Shown here piece after piece: positions 27,922-38,161 of a stretch of 64,000 bases of DNA; the first letter of the stretch is position 1; every line of letters starts with the position of its first letter. The stretch is from a virus, in the IMG/VR virus record IMGVR_UViG_3300033150_001207, positions 20,204-84,203 of that record. The stretch is one strand, 5' to 3'. The notes beneath the pieces are model-generated. The model was not told where the DNA came from and searched no databases. It saw nothing but the letters and a program-made list of their open reading frames with translations. Both the position numbers and the translations under genes were made by a program.

Positions 27922-30900
27922 TTGCCAATCATTGATGTAAAAGATATTCCTGATGATATTGTAATTCGTGAAAGAGAAACTGTATCTACTAGAGAACCTG
28001 TAGCTATTCCTTCAGGTGGCAGGCTAGTGTCGCCAGAGGATATTCCTGAAGATATAGTAATACATGAAAGGGAAATTGCACCTTCTGCAAAACCTGTAAA
28101 GATAGAAGAACCTATTCGTGAGATTCCAGAATCAATACCGGCCCGAATAGAACCTCGTAAAAGGCTTGGGAAAATAACACCGGTAGAACCAGTGTCAACC
28201 GCTGAAGAAAAGGCACGAAAACCTTTCGTTCCTGTTCCTGCGCCGATTGGATATAAACCACCTTCTATTGAAACAGAAAAGCCCGAACTGTTTGTACCGG
28301 CAGCAGAGAAACAAATTAAAAAATTACCCACTACTGAGCCAGAAGAAATACCATCCTCTTTGAAGCCCGCAATAGCTGAACCGGTGTCTCTCTACGTCAA
28401 ACCAAGATTCAAGCCCGAACCAGAGGAACAAAAATTCAGGGATATAATAAAATCTCACTGGAAAATAGGTTCTCTGGTTATAAAAAGAGGAGAGTTGGGT
28501 GCAAATGCAAGAGATACTGGTCTCTCAGTCGAAGAAACTCTAAAACAGGCTAGAGAAATTGACAAACTGGCAAAATCATACAGAAAAAAAATGCCCGAAT
28601 TTAGCATAAAGAAACCCACAACCTGGTTACCCTCTCTCGTAGCGCAAACAACCGAATTAATACCATATATGGGCAGAGGACAAGTTGAGGGTATGAAAAT
28701 GGGTATTGCTACTGGTGTTGGATTTGGCACGATGACTGCGCTCTGGGGTCAAGCCGGTCCGCAGGTATTAACCCCTGAAGAAGTATTAACCATTCCAGGG
28801 GCGATGGCTGTAGGCGGAACTGCCGGATGGGTTCTGGGCTCACTTAAAAATTGTATGGATATTGAGGGTGGTAACTTATATATAGACTTACTCGAACGTG
28901 GTGTAAAACCAAAAGTAGCAAAACAGCTTTCATTGGCGGGAGGGCTTGCAATAGGTGCTATTGAAGTTGCACAGATAGGTAGAATAGCTAGAAACTTACC
29001 AGGATTCGAGTTATTCTTTAGAAAAGGTGCTAAAAAACTAATTGCAAGCGATACATTCAAGAACATACTTAAAATCTCTGCAAAAGAATACGCAAAAGAT
29101 GTTGGCTATGAAATAGGAGAAGAAGAAGCACAGGAAATTGCATCAATGGCATCCGAATTTGTTGGCAGTTCTATATCTCCGGGCGCAGAAAAACTTACAT
29201 TTGGTGAAGCAAAGGATAGATTGAAAGGAGTAATTACACAGTCTGCTCTTGGATTTACGGGACTGTTGTTACCCGGACAGCTTTATAAAACAATTGGTAG
29301 AACCAGAGCTTTGAATATAAAGAAAAGTCTTGACGCTCTTGTGGAAGAAAAAACACCTAAACCGCCCGAAGTTACCAAACCACCGTCTGTCGTTCCTGAA
29401 GTAGAGAAAATCGTTCCCAGGCCGCCTGAAGCAGTCAAAGAAGTATGGGAAATGACAAAAGAAGAATTGAAAAATCTCGAAATTCCAGTTCCTGAAGGCG
29501 GCGCAAGCAAATCCCCTAAAACTGTTTTTAGCTGGAAACCAGGTGAATACGAAACGTTACATGATGTGAGCCAGTCAGAAGATGAATTTAGATTTAACGA
29601 AATACTTGGCAAAGGGTGGGAAGGTAAAGCATCATTACACTTAAAACCGAAGATAAAAAACAATGAGCCCATAACTGTTTACAGAGCGAGTGATTACGAG
29701 ATTATACCGGGTTCTTACGTTTCCGAAAGTATCGAATATGCAAAAAAACATGGCGAGAATATACTTGATGGTAAATACAAAATACATTCACTGGAAGTGA
29801 AACCGAGCGAACTGTTAGTATACGGAGACCCTCATGAATTTATTTATGTACCAGAATCCATCGAAGTTGGGCATAAACGCATAATAGAAAAAGCTCTATC
29901 TGAAGGCAAACCAGTTCCTAAAGAGGTATTGGAAGATTACCCCGAACTACAGGAAAAAGCAAAAGAATATGAAAAACCAGAGAAACTCGAAATATCTGTT
30001 TTAGATCCCAAGCCTGGCGATATTACGGGTTCAAAAGATATGTTGCCAAAACTTATAAAACTTAGAGACAAAGGCTCTGAAATGGTTAAACCAGATATCG
30101 TAAACAAACTCGAAAAATTCTGGAAAGAAAACCCCGAAGCTGAGTACGGTATATGGCAAGAAGATTTATCAATAAAACCTGTAACCAAAGAAACACTCGA
30201 AAAACCGCCTGAAATCACTGAACCCACCATTACTAAAGTAACCAAAGCTATTCCCGAAAAAGCCCCAGCTATCACTGGTAGAAAATCCACGGCAAAAACA
30301 GAGGCGGGTACAGAAATAGAATTTGACTATGATATTTACGACATTAACGACATTATTGCTTCCCACGATACAAACCTGCGAGCCAATCCACTATATCCAG
30401 CGGAAAAACAACCCCGTGGCAGAGCAAGAATGGCATCCGAAGCTCAAATTAACAAAATTACCCGTGAATTAGCACCTGAACGTCTTGGTGAAAATCCACT
30501 TGTGTCAGAAGGTGCTCCAATTGTCGACAAATCCGCCATTGTAGAATCAGGTAATGCGAGAATTATTGCACTACAGAGACTTTATGAATCAAAAAGTGAT
30601 AAAGCAAAAGAATATAAACAGTTTTTAATAGATAATGCTGAAAAATTCGGGTTGGATGTCGATAAGATTAGGGACATTGCCAATCCTGTACTTGTAAGAA
30701 GAAGATTATCAGATGTTGACATAGATAAGTTTATAAGAGAAGCAAACGTACCTACTGTTGCCGCTATGAGCGCTACCGAACAGGCGTTATCTGACGCAAA
30801 AATGCTTTCCGACGAAACTCTTGCAATGTTCGATGTGGGCGAAACAGGTGAAATAGATACAGCGGCAAATAGAGATTTTGTGCGTAGATTTTTCAAGGAA

Positions 30901-33900
30901 ATCGCTACCGAGACTGAGTATGGTAGATACTTTACAAAAGAGGGGCTAACCTCACAGGAAGGTATAAATAGAATAAGAAACGCCATCTTTGCCAAAGCTT
31001 ACGAAAATCCCGAAATAGTTGAGAAATTGTCTGAAAGTACAGACGTTAATATAAGAAATATAGTAAATGCCATGGTCAGTATAGCACCACGACTTTCTAT
31101 ATTGAAAAACGAAATTAAAAAAGGCAACAGACATAAATACGACATTACGAAAGATATTGCTCAAGCTTCCGAAAAGTTATCATTTCTAAGGAATCAGAAT
31201 AAAACAGTAGATGAGTATATAAGACAGACGGCATTGTTTGACGATGAAGTAACACCGCTTGCAAAGGACATACTCAAAGTATTTGATAAGTATAAAAGAA
31301 GTCCCAGGAAAATAAGACAAATATTTAACAATTATATAAATCTGGTTGATAAAGTCGGCAATCCGAAGCAGGCGAATTTGTTTGAAGAATATAACAAACC
31401 CAAACCCGCTGAGCTATTACAGGAAGCAATAAATGAAATGGAGGATAGTTATGTTCCACTTGATATTTTCAAAGCCGAGGCTGAGCGTAGTAAAGAAATT
31501 AGAGCAGTTACGAGGGAAAAGGGAATCACCAAAATCAAGCCCGAAAAAGAAATTGGGAAAAAAATCAGCATAACCCGCCCATTTGCATACGATAGTGATA
31601 GTACAGTTAATCAGGGCTGGTTCGCAATCAGACCAGTTGAAGACTTTGACGAAATGGGCATGGGTGAATCTAAATTCAAGACCAGACATGAAGTCAATGG
31701 ACTCAAAGAAAAAGGTATAAGTTTTGTCGTTGGCACCGTTAAGGGCAAAGAACAAATTCAAAGACTCAGCTTTAATAAAGATATATGGACTGAAAAAGCT
31801 GCAAAAGAATGGTGGAATAAAAACTTTGATAGAATTCAAGACATAGCTTCAACTGGTATAAAACCGCCCGCTAAAGTTCCTGAAGCGGGAATTGAAAAAA
31901 TAGTCGAACCGAAACTATCAGCCAAAATACCAGAAGATATAAACGACGTTGTTTTTGACAAGTTTAAAGCATGGCCTAAGAAAATAAAAAAGGTTGGTGA
32001 AGATTACTGGACTGAAGTCATGGCTGCGGCAGAAGAACTGTCAACGCCATATCGTTATAAATCTTTGCGACAAACCGTAGTTGGCAAATTTGAAAAAGAA
32101 AAGGGTATTAAACTTCAGGACGTTACGCAAGCACTAACCGCCACACATGAATTAGGGCATAATATAGACTGGCTTTTGAACAACAAAACTTTTCCAGGAT
32201 CAATCAAAGCTCGTTTTCCAGATTCGACTATAGGTGAAATGGGATTGAGAAATGAATTAAAAGAGGTTTCTAAAGTTGTCAGACCTGAACTCTGGGAAGC
32301 GTCTTTATCAGAGAAAAACATTAAATCACAACTCAGCCGTCATACAGAACTAATGGCTGATTTTATAACACATTATATTCTTGACCCAGAAAATGTTAAA
32401 GAGCTTGCACCCGATGTAACAGCGTTGTTTGAAGCAAAACTGGCGAACAAACCCGAATTATTTGATATTATCTCAAGACTACAGCAAAACCGTTATACGG
32501 GACCTGAAAGGCCAGCTGTTGCTGAACACATTGTAAAAGCCCTTCGTTTACCAGAAAAACATGAGCCTCTAAAATTGACTGTCGATCTTTCAGATAAAGA
32601 TTATGTAAAAACAGTAGAAAGTCTTGGGGTTCAAACATCACGGAATTATAAAGCCCTAATTCAGGAAGCCAACCTACAGGCAAAAAGAATTGACGAACTT
32701 GTGCCAGATAAAGATAGACAAACGGATTTGGTCGTTATTGTTGAAAAGGGAAGTAAAAATCCGTGGACTGGAGAAACAAGAGAAGAAATCCTCAAAAGAG
32801 GTATAAATGATAAAGAAAGAAAAGCAATTAACCTCTACAGGGCATATCAGGAACTTGCAAGACAAACGGTTAATGAATATTTAAAGGATTCGGGCGAATC
32901 GGAATATATCAAGTTTATTGAAGATTATTTTATCCACGCTTACGAAACGCCTATGACAGAAAAATATAAAAACGCAATAAACAAATGGGCTAAAAGCTCA
33001 CCACAGGCGAAAAAAAGAATCCTGCCTGACCTTGCAACAGCTGTTGAATTGGAATTAAAGCCAAGAGTCAAAACCCTAAGTGATGGTTTAAAACTCTGGT
33101 CTGGCATAAATTACAGAGTTGCTACAAATAAGGCTTTTCTGGAAAAACTGCCCCAGGTTCTCAATGAAGATGGTATGAGTGTTATTCAAAAACCAAAAGA
33201 TTTCCCAGCATGGCCAACGGTTGACTACTGGCCTATCCGACGGACATATAGATTACCGTTAAAGGGTAGAGGTGTTTTGCTATTTCAGGGACAGGTTGCA
33301 GTTGATCCGAAAGTAAAACCGTTTATCGATGCCCTCTTCGGACAGCGCTTTTTCAGTACACCAGCGCGTATTCTTGAAGGATTTAATGCTGTTACCAAGG
33401 CATGTGAATTAACTCTATTATCACTTTTCCATCATCAAGCAGAGTTTTTTAGTGCAGTCGGGGCTGCTGGATGGAGAGCAATGCCTTTTATTGGTGGTTA
33501 TTGGGGTAAGAAAGCCGAGCTCTTTGGCAGAACAAAAAAATTCGGTATTATACCAGCGCACATAAAATTCCTGGAAGCTGGTAAAGAACTCGAAAAAGTT
33601 CCCGAATTTATGGATGACTATTTGAAACACGGGGGACAAGTCGGATATATAACAACCGAGGGTATTAACGTAATGGAACGTATGCTACTCGGTATTGAAG
33701 AATTTCTAAAAAATGTCATAGAAGAAAAACCAATTTCTGGTAAAGCGGTATGGGCACCATATATTCCATTAAAGGCAATCAGAAAAATTTACTCGTGGAA
33801 TCAACATTTATTGTGGGATAACACCCAGAGAGCAAAATTATTAACATATTATGAAATCGTAAAAGACGGTCTGGCAAACAGCGATTTACCAGTTAAGAAA

Positions 33901-34905
33901 ATTAAAGAAACAGCAGCCAAATACACTTCTGATGATTACGGCGGGCAGGAATGGCTCAACACGTGCTTCAGGAATCCTAAGACGAGACAGGTCTTTACTC
34001 AACTTCTCATGTCTCTTGATTGGACATGGAGTCAAATAAAAATGGGAACTTGGCCTTTTAGATACGGTGGCAAAACAACAGAGCAAAGAGCGAGACTGAG
34101 ATTTATACGTAGGATTGGCAGACGTCATTGGTTTCGTTATATGATGGGTATAGCTGGGTTCACAATTGCAGCTAACTATGCTATAAATGGTAAAGGACCC
34201 TGGGAAAATGAAAAAGGACATAAATTTAACATTGACTGGACAAATATCTGGAGAAGATTACCCTGGAATAAGAATTGGAAAGAAAGAGGTGATTATGCCA
34301 GAAGATACATAAGTCTCGGTAAAGCGGGTCGTGAATTGATTCGCTGGACTACCGATCCTCTGATAGCATTGGGACATAAACTATCGCCTGCTGCAAGGAC
34401 AATGTTTGAACAGGCTACTGGATACAATGTTGGAAGCAACTTTTCCGAACCTTGGGCAAGAGATGACCTTGAAGAATATGAAGAAGTTTATGCGAGATTT
34501 AAAAACGTAATGGAAAAATTTGTACCTTTTGCTCTTAGTGGTAACAATGCTTTTCTGGCTTTTCCAAGCAAAAAGGGAATGACTCAATGGAAAGCCATTC
34601 GCAGTTTTGAAGATATTTACAAAGCGAGAGCTAGAATTGCAATGGGTGGACCTGCAGGGAAGATTTCCAAACTTTATCGTGTTCTTAATAAAGATGAAGA
34701 AAAATTGATAAAAGATATTACTGAAGCTTGTAAATTGAACGGTGTTGATGCAAAGAAAGCTGCAAGACTTGCCCTTGCAAATATAAGAAGCAACTACTAT
34801 AGAAAGTTCTGGCAGGCTGCAAAAGATCAAGATGTAGATAAATGCAATAAATATGTTAGCGCTTTGGTAGGACTTGGGGTAGAATTACAAGAAATAATTA
34901 AGTAA
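27922..34905 (+). CDS. Giant polyvalent DNA-injection/cargo protein (2327 aa) with ddrB-like ParB and HExxH peptidase domains
   Basis: IIASHD...NPLYP..KQPR.R...LAPERLG....SEGAPIV.....VESGNAR (ddrB-like ParB, from ~30277); ATHELGH (32146-32160) with downstream ELMAD; ITVYRA...GSYVSES.EYAKKHG (ART-like, ~29671). Confidence 0.75.
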   Translation: MPIIDVKDIPDDIVIRERETVSTREPVAIPSGGRLVSPEDIPEDIVIHEREIAPSAKPVKIEEPIREIPESIPARIEPRKRLGKITPVEPVSTAEEKARKPFVPVPAPIGYKPPSIETEKPELFVPAAEKQIKKLPTTEPEEIPSSLKPAIAEPVSLYVKPRFKPEPEEQKFRDIIKSHWKIGSLVIKRGELGANARDTGLSVEETLKQAREIDKLAKSYRKKMPEFSIKKPTTWLPSLVAQTTELIPYMGRGQVEGMKMGIATGVGFGTMTALWGQAGPQVLTPEEVLTIPGAMAVGGTAGWVLGSLKNCMDIEGGNLYIDLLERGVKPKVAKQLSLAGGLAIGAIEVAQIGRIARNLPGFELFFRKGAKKLIASDTFKNILKISAKEYAKDVGYEIGEEEAQEIASMASEFVGSSISPGAEKLTFGEAKDRLKGVITQSALGFTGLLLPGQLYKTIGRTRALNIKKSLDALVEEKTPKPPEVTKPPSVVPEVEKIVPRPPEAVKEVWEMTKEELKNLEIPVPEGGASKSPKTVFSWKPGEYETLHDVSQSEDEFRFNEILGKGWEGKASLHLKPKIKNNEPITVYRASDYEIIPGSYVSESIEYAKKHGENILDGKYKIHSLEVKPSELLVYGDPHEFIYVPESIEVGHKRIIEKALSEGKPVPKEVLEDYPELQEKAKEYEKPEKLEISVLDPKPGDITGSKDMLPKLIKLRDKGSEMVKPDIVNKLEKFWKENPEAEYGIWQEDLSIKPVTKETLEKPPEITEPTITKVTKAIPEKAPAITGRKSTAKTEAGTEIEFDYDIYDINDIIASHDTNLRANPLYPAEKQPRGRARMASEAQINKITRELAPERLGENPLVSEGAPIVDKSAIVESGNARIIALQRLYESKSDKAKEYKQFLIDNAEKFGLDVDKIRDIANPVLVRRRLSDVDIDKFIREANVPTVAAMSATEQALSDAKMLSDETLAMFDVGETGEIDTAANRDFVRRFFKEIATETEYGRYFTKEGLTSQEGINRIRNAIFAKAYENPEIVEKLSESTDVNIRNIVNAMVSIAPRLSILKNEIKKGNRHKYDITKDIAQASEKLSFLRNQNKTVDEYIRQTALFDDEVTPLAKDILKVFDKYKRSPRKIRQIFNNYINLVDKVGNPKQANLFEEYNKPKPAELLQEAINEMEDSYVPLDIFKAEAERSKEIRAVTREKGITKIKPEKEIGKKISITRPFAYDSDSTVNQGWFAIRPVEDFDEMGMGESKFKTRHEVNGLKEKGISFVVGTVKGKEQIQRLSFNKDIWTEKAAKEWWNKNFDRIQDIASTGIKPPAKVPEAGIEKIVEPKLSAKIPEDINDVVFDKFKAWPKKIKKVGEDYWTEVMAAAEELSTPYRYKSLRQTVVGKFEKEKGIKLQDVTQALTATHELGHNIDWLLNNKTFPGSIKARFPDSTIGEMGLRNELKEVSKVVRPELWEASLSEKNIKSQLSRHTELMADFITHYILDPENVKELAPDVTALFEAKLANKPELFDIISRLQQNRYTGPERPAVAEHIVKALRLPEKHEPLKLTVDLSDKDYVKTVESLGVQTSRNYKALIQEANLQAKRIDELVPDKDRQTDLVVIVEKGSKNPWTGETREEILKRGINDKERKAINLYRAYQELARQTVNEYLKDSGESEYIKFIEDYFIHAYETPMTEKYKNAINKWAKSSPQAKKRILPDLATAVELELKPRVKTLSDGLKLWSGINYRVATNKAFLEKLPQVLNEDGMSVIQKPKDFPAWPTVDYWPIRRTYRLPLKGRGVLLFQGQVAVDPKVKPFIDALFGQRFFSTPARILEGFNAVTKACELTLLSLFHHQAEFFSAVGAAGWRAMPFIGGYWGKKAELFGRTKKFGIIPAHIKFLEAGKELEKVPEFMDDYLKHGGQVGYITTEGINVMERMLLGIEEFLKNVIEEKPISGKAVWAPYIPLKAIRKIYSWNQHLLWDNTQRAKLLTYYEIVKDGLANSDLPVKKIKETAAKYTSDDYGGQEWLNTCFRNPKTRQVFTQLLMSLDWTWSQIKMGTWPFRYGGKTTEQRARLRFIRRIGRRHWFRYMMGIAGFTIAANYAINGKGPWENEKGHKFNIDWTNIWRRLPWNKNWKERGDYARRYISLGKAGRELIRWTTDPLIALGHKLSPAARTMFEQATGYNVGSNFSEPWARDDLEEYEEVYARFKNVMEKFVPFALSGNNAFLAFPSKKGMTQWKAIRSFEDIYKARARIAMGGPAGKISKLYRVLNKDEEKLIKDITEACKLNGVDAKKAARLALANIRSNYYRKFWQAAKDQDVDKCNKYVSALVGLGVELQEIIK

Positions 34906-34959
34906 CCTGAAACGGGTAAATGAAAAGGATAAATAAACCAATCCAATAAGGAGTGAAAA

Positions 34960-35382
34960 ATGAGAAAATTATTGGTCGTATTTACGTGCATCATGTTATT
35001 GCTTGCGGGTGTAAGTACCTACGCACAGAAAGAACTGTCTACAAAAACAGCAATAGCCGTTGGTGTTGTCGATAGTTTCAGAACGGAAGGTTATAACATG
35101 ATATATGCTATCGTTTGCGTCGGTGATAGCGTAGATACACTCACATTTGCACTTGAGGGTTGCGCTAGGCCGGGTACCGAGAGATGGACAAACATTGATA
35201 CAAACGATGACGATATTTCATTAATTCCAGACGGTACTACGGATAGCTACGCTACTATTGTAAAAGCGAGAGTATACGTACCATGGATAAGGTGGAACAT
35301 TAAGTCGATTGTAAACGAGGACAGTGTATCCGTAGCCGCCGATTCTACTGTAACTTTTTATACATATTTATTTAATGAGTAA
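34960..35382 (+). CDS. Signal-peptide beta-sandwich protein
   Basis: MRKLLVVFTCIMLLLAGVSTYA-QK signal; LTFALEG...WTNI...VPWIRW jelly-roll pattern. Confidence 0.6.
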   Translation: MRKLLVVFTCIMLLLAGVSTYAQKELSTKTAIAVGVVDSFRTEGYNMIYAIVCVGDSVDTLTFALEGCARPGTERWTNIDTNDDDISLIPDGTTDSYATIVKARVYVPWIRWNIKSIVNEDSVSVAADSTVTFYTYLFNE

Positions 35383-35393
35383 GGTGGTACCAC

Positions 35394-36668
35394 ATGAAAA
35401 AGTTTGTAATATTTATGATTGTTGTGTTATGTCTTACGTTGGCAGTATCGGTGTCTGGAAAACTGAATTATATTACCAATAAATTGAGTGATGTTTCCAT
35501 TAGTGGGAATCTAACTGTAGACGGCAACGTTGGCATTGGAACAATAAGTCCTGAAGCAAGGTTGCATATTTCGGATGGGGTAGCTTTATATGACACCGAT
35601 AGAAACCTGACTTCTCTATACCATTTAGTAGATAAGAGATATGTGGATGAGGCGGTAACTGCGCTGGGAGCGAGATACTATATGCTTGATACTGATTCTG
35701 GGATAGCGAACTATAAAGACTGTTCTCTGATCCCATCTGCTGACTCAGAACAAGACACCAGTATAACGTCAATATCGGATGATGATTACCTTGTTGGTTG
35801 GATTGCTCCAAATGCTAATGAACCAGATAAGCTATTAACTGGTGTTTATAACTGGCGACTTTATGCTGAGAAAACAGGTGGTACAGAAACACTAAGATTG
35901 TACTGGAAGCTGGTTGAACGGAAAAGCGATACTTCAGAAGAGGTTATTGGAACTTCTGTTGTTAGCAATGAGATAACTTCTGGTAAGAACTCATGTATTA
36001 TTCCTTTAACTCTGTCAGCAGACCACGATATAGCAAGCGATAGCTATGTTGTAGGAAAGATTTATGCTGATGTATCTGGAAGTGGTTCGGCGCCGAGTAT
36101 CACTCTATACTACGAAGGGAACTCTGACTCTCATTGGGAAATACCTGTCAATACAGAGATACTTGATGGTAGGTATGTTAATGCTGACGGTGATACAATG
36201 ACTGGAGGGTTAACTACTACTGTCTTGACCGCAGATAGCACCACGATTACTTCTCATGGTACACCCTGGGATTTAGCTGATAGTACATATACAGGGACAA
36301 TCGTTATCGGGCAAGCTGGTGTCAACACATCATTCGGGGATTTGTGTTACTTATATTCATCTGGCAAATATTTAAAAGCTCAAGCTGACAGCACCGCATC
36401 GATGCCTGCGAGAGTTATGTGTATAGAAAGAAATGGTATTGCAACCGATAGCTATGGCAAGTATTTGCATGAAGGTTATATAAAGCTGTCAACGTGGAGT
36501 ACGGTACAGACAATAGGTTCAAACGTTTACGTAGATGATGATACTGCTGGATTGCCTACAACTACGCAACCTCCAGATAGTGGTGACCAGGTACAAATAG
36601 TAGGATACTGTATTGCTACTGATATAATGTACTTTAATCCAAGTCCAGATGTGGGAGAAGTGCCATGA
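35394..36668 (+). CDS. Signal-peptide protein with tail-fibre-like motifs
   Basis: MKKFVIFMIVVLCLTLAVSVSG signal; GNVGIGTISPEARLHI, VDKRYVD, RYVNADGDTMTG; C-terminal cement-like domain (AG...FGDLCYL...AQAD...VQIVGY). Confidence 0.65.
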   Translation: MKKFVIFMIVVLCLTLAVSVSGKLNYITNKLSDVSISGNLTVDGNVGIGTISPEARLHISDGVALYDTDRNLTSLYHLVDKRYVDEAVTALGARYYMLDTDSGIANYKDCSLIPSADSEQDTSITSISDDDYLVGWIAPNANEPDKLLTGVYNWRLYAEKTGGTETLRLYWKLVERKSDTSEEVIGTSVVSNEITSGKNSCIIPLTLSADHDIASDSYVVGKIYADVSGSGSAPSITLYYEGNSDSHWEIPVNTEILDGRYVNADGDTMTGGLTTTVLTADSTTITSHGTPWDLADSTYTGTIVIGQAGVNTSFGDLCYLYSSGKYLKAQADSTASMPARVMCIERNGIATDSYGKYLHEGYIKLSTWSTVQTIGSNVYVDDDTAGLPTTTQPPDSGDQVQIVGYCIATDIMYFNPSPDVGEVP

Positions 36669-37231
36669 TAAGAGTTATTATCTATTTGTTAATATTTTTA
36701 TTTGTGCCTATAAGTGGATTTTCTGCTCCTAACGATGAGTTTGTTACAAACGGTAGCTTTGAGGACGGACCTGGTGATTGGGATAGTTATGGCTCTCCAG
36801 CAGGTTACCCCAGAGTAGATGGAGGACGCACAGGAAGTTATTCAAGAAAAGTAAACTTAGATGGTGATGGAAGTCAAGGGGGTATCCAGCAACTAATAAC
36901 AGGTCTTACCGTTGGAAAAACTTATAGATTTGTCGCATGGGTTAAAGGATGGCAGTTGGCTGCAGAAGACTTTTATCTGTTTTTCATGGAGACAACTTCT
37001 TCTACCGAATACTCGAATGATGCTTGGGTTAGGCTTGAAGGAACGAAAACTGCCACAGCAACTTCTACCTACGTACGTATATATGTCGCTTCAACGAATG
37101 CAGCAAATGCTAACGCAGCATTCTATATAGACGATGTTTCTGTTAAAGAGATGTGGCAAGGTAAATGGAATGGCGCAACAATAGAAAAATGGAATGGTAT
37201 AACTAATCCTATGAAGTGGAATGGTTTCTGA
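36665..37231 (+). CDS. Signal-peptide protein with CBM4/9-like domain and KWNG x3 tail
   Basis: Signal ...SGFSA; VTNGSFE, GLTVGKTYRFVAWVK, FYIDDVSVKE; GKWNG..EKWNG..MKWNG. Confidence 0.7.
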   Translation: MIRVIIYLLIFLFVPISGFSAPNDEFVTNGSFEDGPGDWDSYGSPAGYPRVDGGRTGSYSRKVNLDGDGSQGGIQQLITGLTVGKTYRFVAWVKGWQLAAEDFYLFFMETTSSTEYSNDAWVRLEGTKTATATSTYVRIYVASTNAANANAAFYIDDVSVKEMWQGKWNGATIEKWNGITNPMKWNGF

Positions 37232-37250
37232 TTAGAAAGTAAGGAGGCTA

Positions 37251-37373
37251 ATGATGGGAAGAATTACTCGTGGCAAACGTGATGGTACAGGCTCGTACAA
37301 GAATAGTTACCAGCAGAAGAAATACGGTAAGGGAAAACGTCAAAGAGAAGGCGTGAAATGTCCTAAAAGATAG
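37251..37373 (+). CDS. 40-aa basic peptide (below the ORF-track cutoff)
   Basis: AAGGAGG RBS; MMGRITRGKRDGTGSYKNSYQQKKYGKGKRQREGVKCPKR*. Confidence 0.6.
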   Translation: MMGRITRGKRDGTGSYKNSYQQKKYGKGKRQREGVKCPKR

Positions 37374-37381
37374 AGGTAAAT

Positions 37382-37690
37382 ATGTTATCAATAGGTGATG
37401 GAATAGCTATAGCATCAATTGCAGTACCCGCGGGAATAGGTTTGATAATAGCCTATATAAGATGGGGACATTCTAGCAAAAGTAACAATCCTGGAAATAA
37501 CTCTAGCATACCAAATAGATGTCCAGCCCATTCGGGTATTGTGGCTAATATTGAGAACTTGCAATCCGACATGACCGAAGTGAAAAACGATGTCAAAATC
37601 ATAAGCAATAAACAAGACCAGCTTCTTTTTCAATCAGGTGAAATTAAGCTGATTATAGATAAATGGGAAGAAAGACGTCGGAATGATTAA
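37382..37690 (+). CDS. Single-TM coiled-coil protein (holin/antiholin-like)
   Basis: N-terminal TM helix, CPAH, heptad C-terminus; near the lysis genes. Confidence 0.5.
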   Translation: MLSIGDGIAIASIAVPAGIGLIIAYIRWGHSSKSNNPGNNSSIPNRCPAHSGIVANIENLQSDMTEVKNDVKIISNKQDQLLFQSGEIKLIIDKWEERRRND

Positions 37691-37796
37691 CAAAACCAAA
37701 TATTCAAGATGTCTGATTGTTTAATCTATATTAATAAACTAATAAACCATGCAAAGATTAAGTTTTTAAATAAAAGCACAGTCGGAAGAATCAAAT

Positions 37797-37997
37797 ATGT
37801 CCAAAGCAATAAAACAACTCTACAGAAATGCGGGATTTAAACCCCCTAAGGGTCGCGGGCTGCACACTATAGCTTTCCATCGCAAGGCTATCCAGATTAA
37901 GAAAAGTAATCCCTCTTATAGTTGGAGTCAGGCATATGCAACTGCTATGAAAATCCTGGGAAGAAACAAGGCAGTCAAAAAATCGCATAGAAGATAA
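37797..37997 (+). CDS. Small basic protein
   Basis: 66 aa, K/R-rich, SWSQAYATA motif. Confidence 0.55.
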   Translation: MSKAIKQLYRNAGFKPPKGRGLHTIAFHRKAIQIKKSNPSYSWSQAYATAMKILGRNKAVKKSHRR

Positions 37998-38021
37998 CAT
38001 ATTTTACAATACGTTTCACTA

Positions 38022-38050
38022 TTGACATATTACAACACTTATAGTATATT
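38022..38050 (+). promoter_or_regulatory. sigma70-type promoter TTGACA-17-TATATT driving RNA copy B
   Basis: Consensus -35 at 38022-38027, -10 at 38045-38050, 17-bp spacer. Confidence 0.8.
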
Positions 38051-38055
38051 ACTTT

Positions 38056-38131
38056 CGTTGGTCTTCCAACACACGACATGCCACCCACCCCTACCCCATT
38101 GATTGGTACGTACAATCGGGATGGGTGGCAC
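38056..38131 (+). ncRNA. Candidate small structured RNA, copy B (homologue of 8245-8326)
   Basis: GUUGG/CCAAC hairpin, ACACGACA linker, UGCCACCCA/UGGGUGGCA stem enclosing ACCCCAUUG..GUACGUA; begins at the predicted +1. Confidence 0.65.
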
Positions 38132-38161
38132 AGTAACTTTAGCAGAAAGAGGTGATTTAAA

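Noticed and set aside
27882-34830. Many 60-150 aa minus-strand ORFs within the late arm, and plus-strand ORFs within the early arm
   Set aside because: Shadow frames of long genes, with S/F/I-rich antisense composition, no RBS and no motifs.
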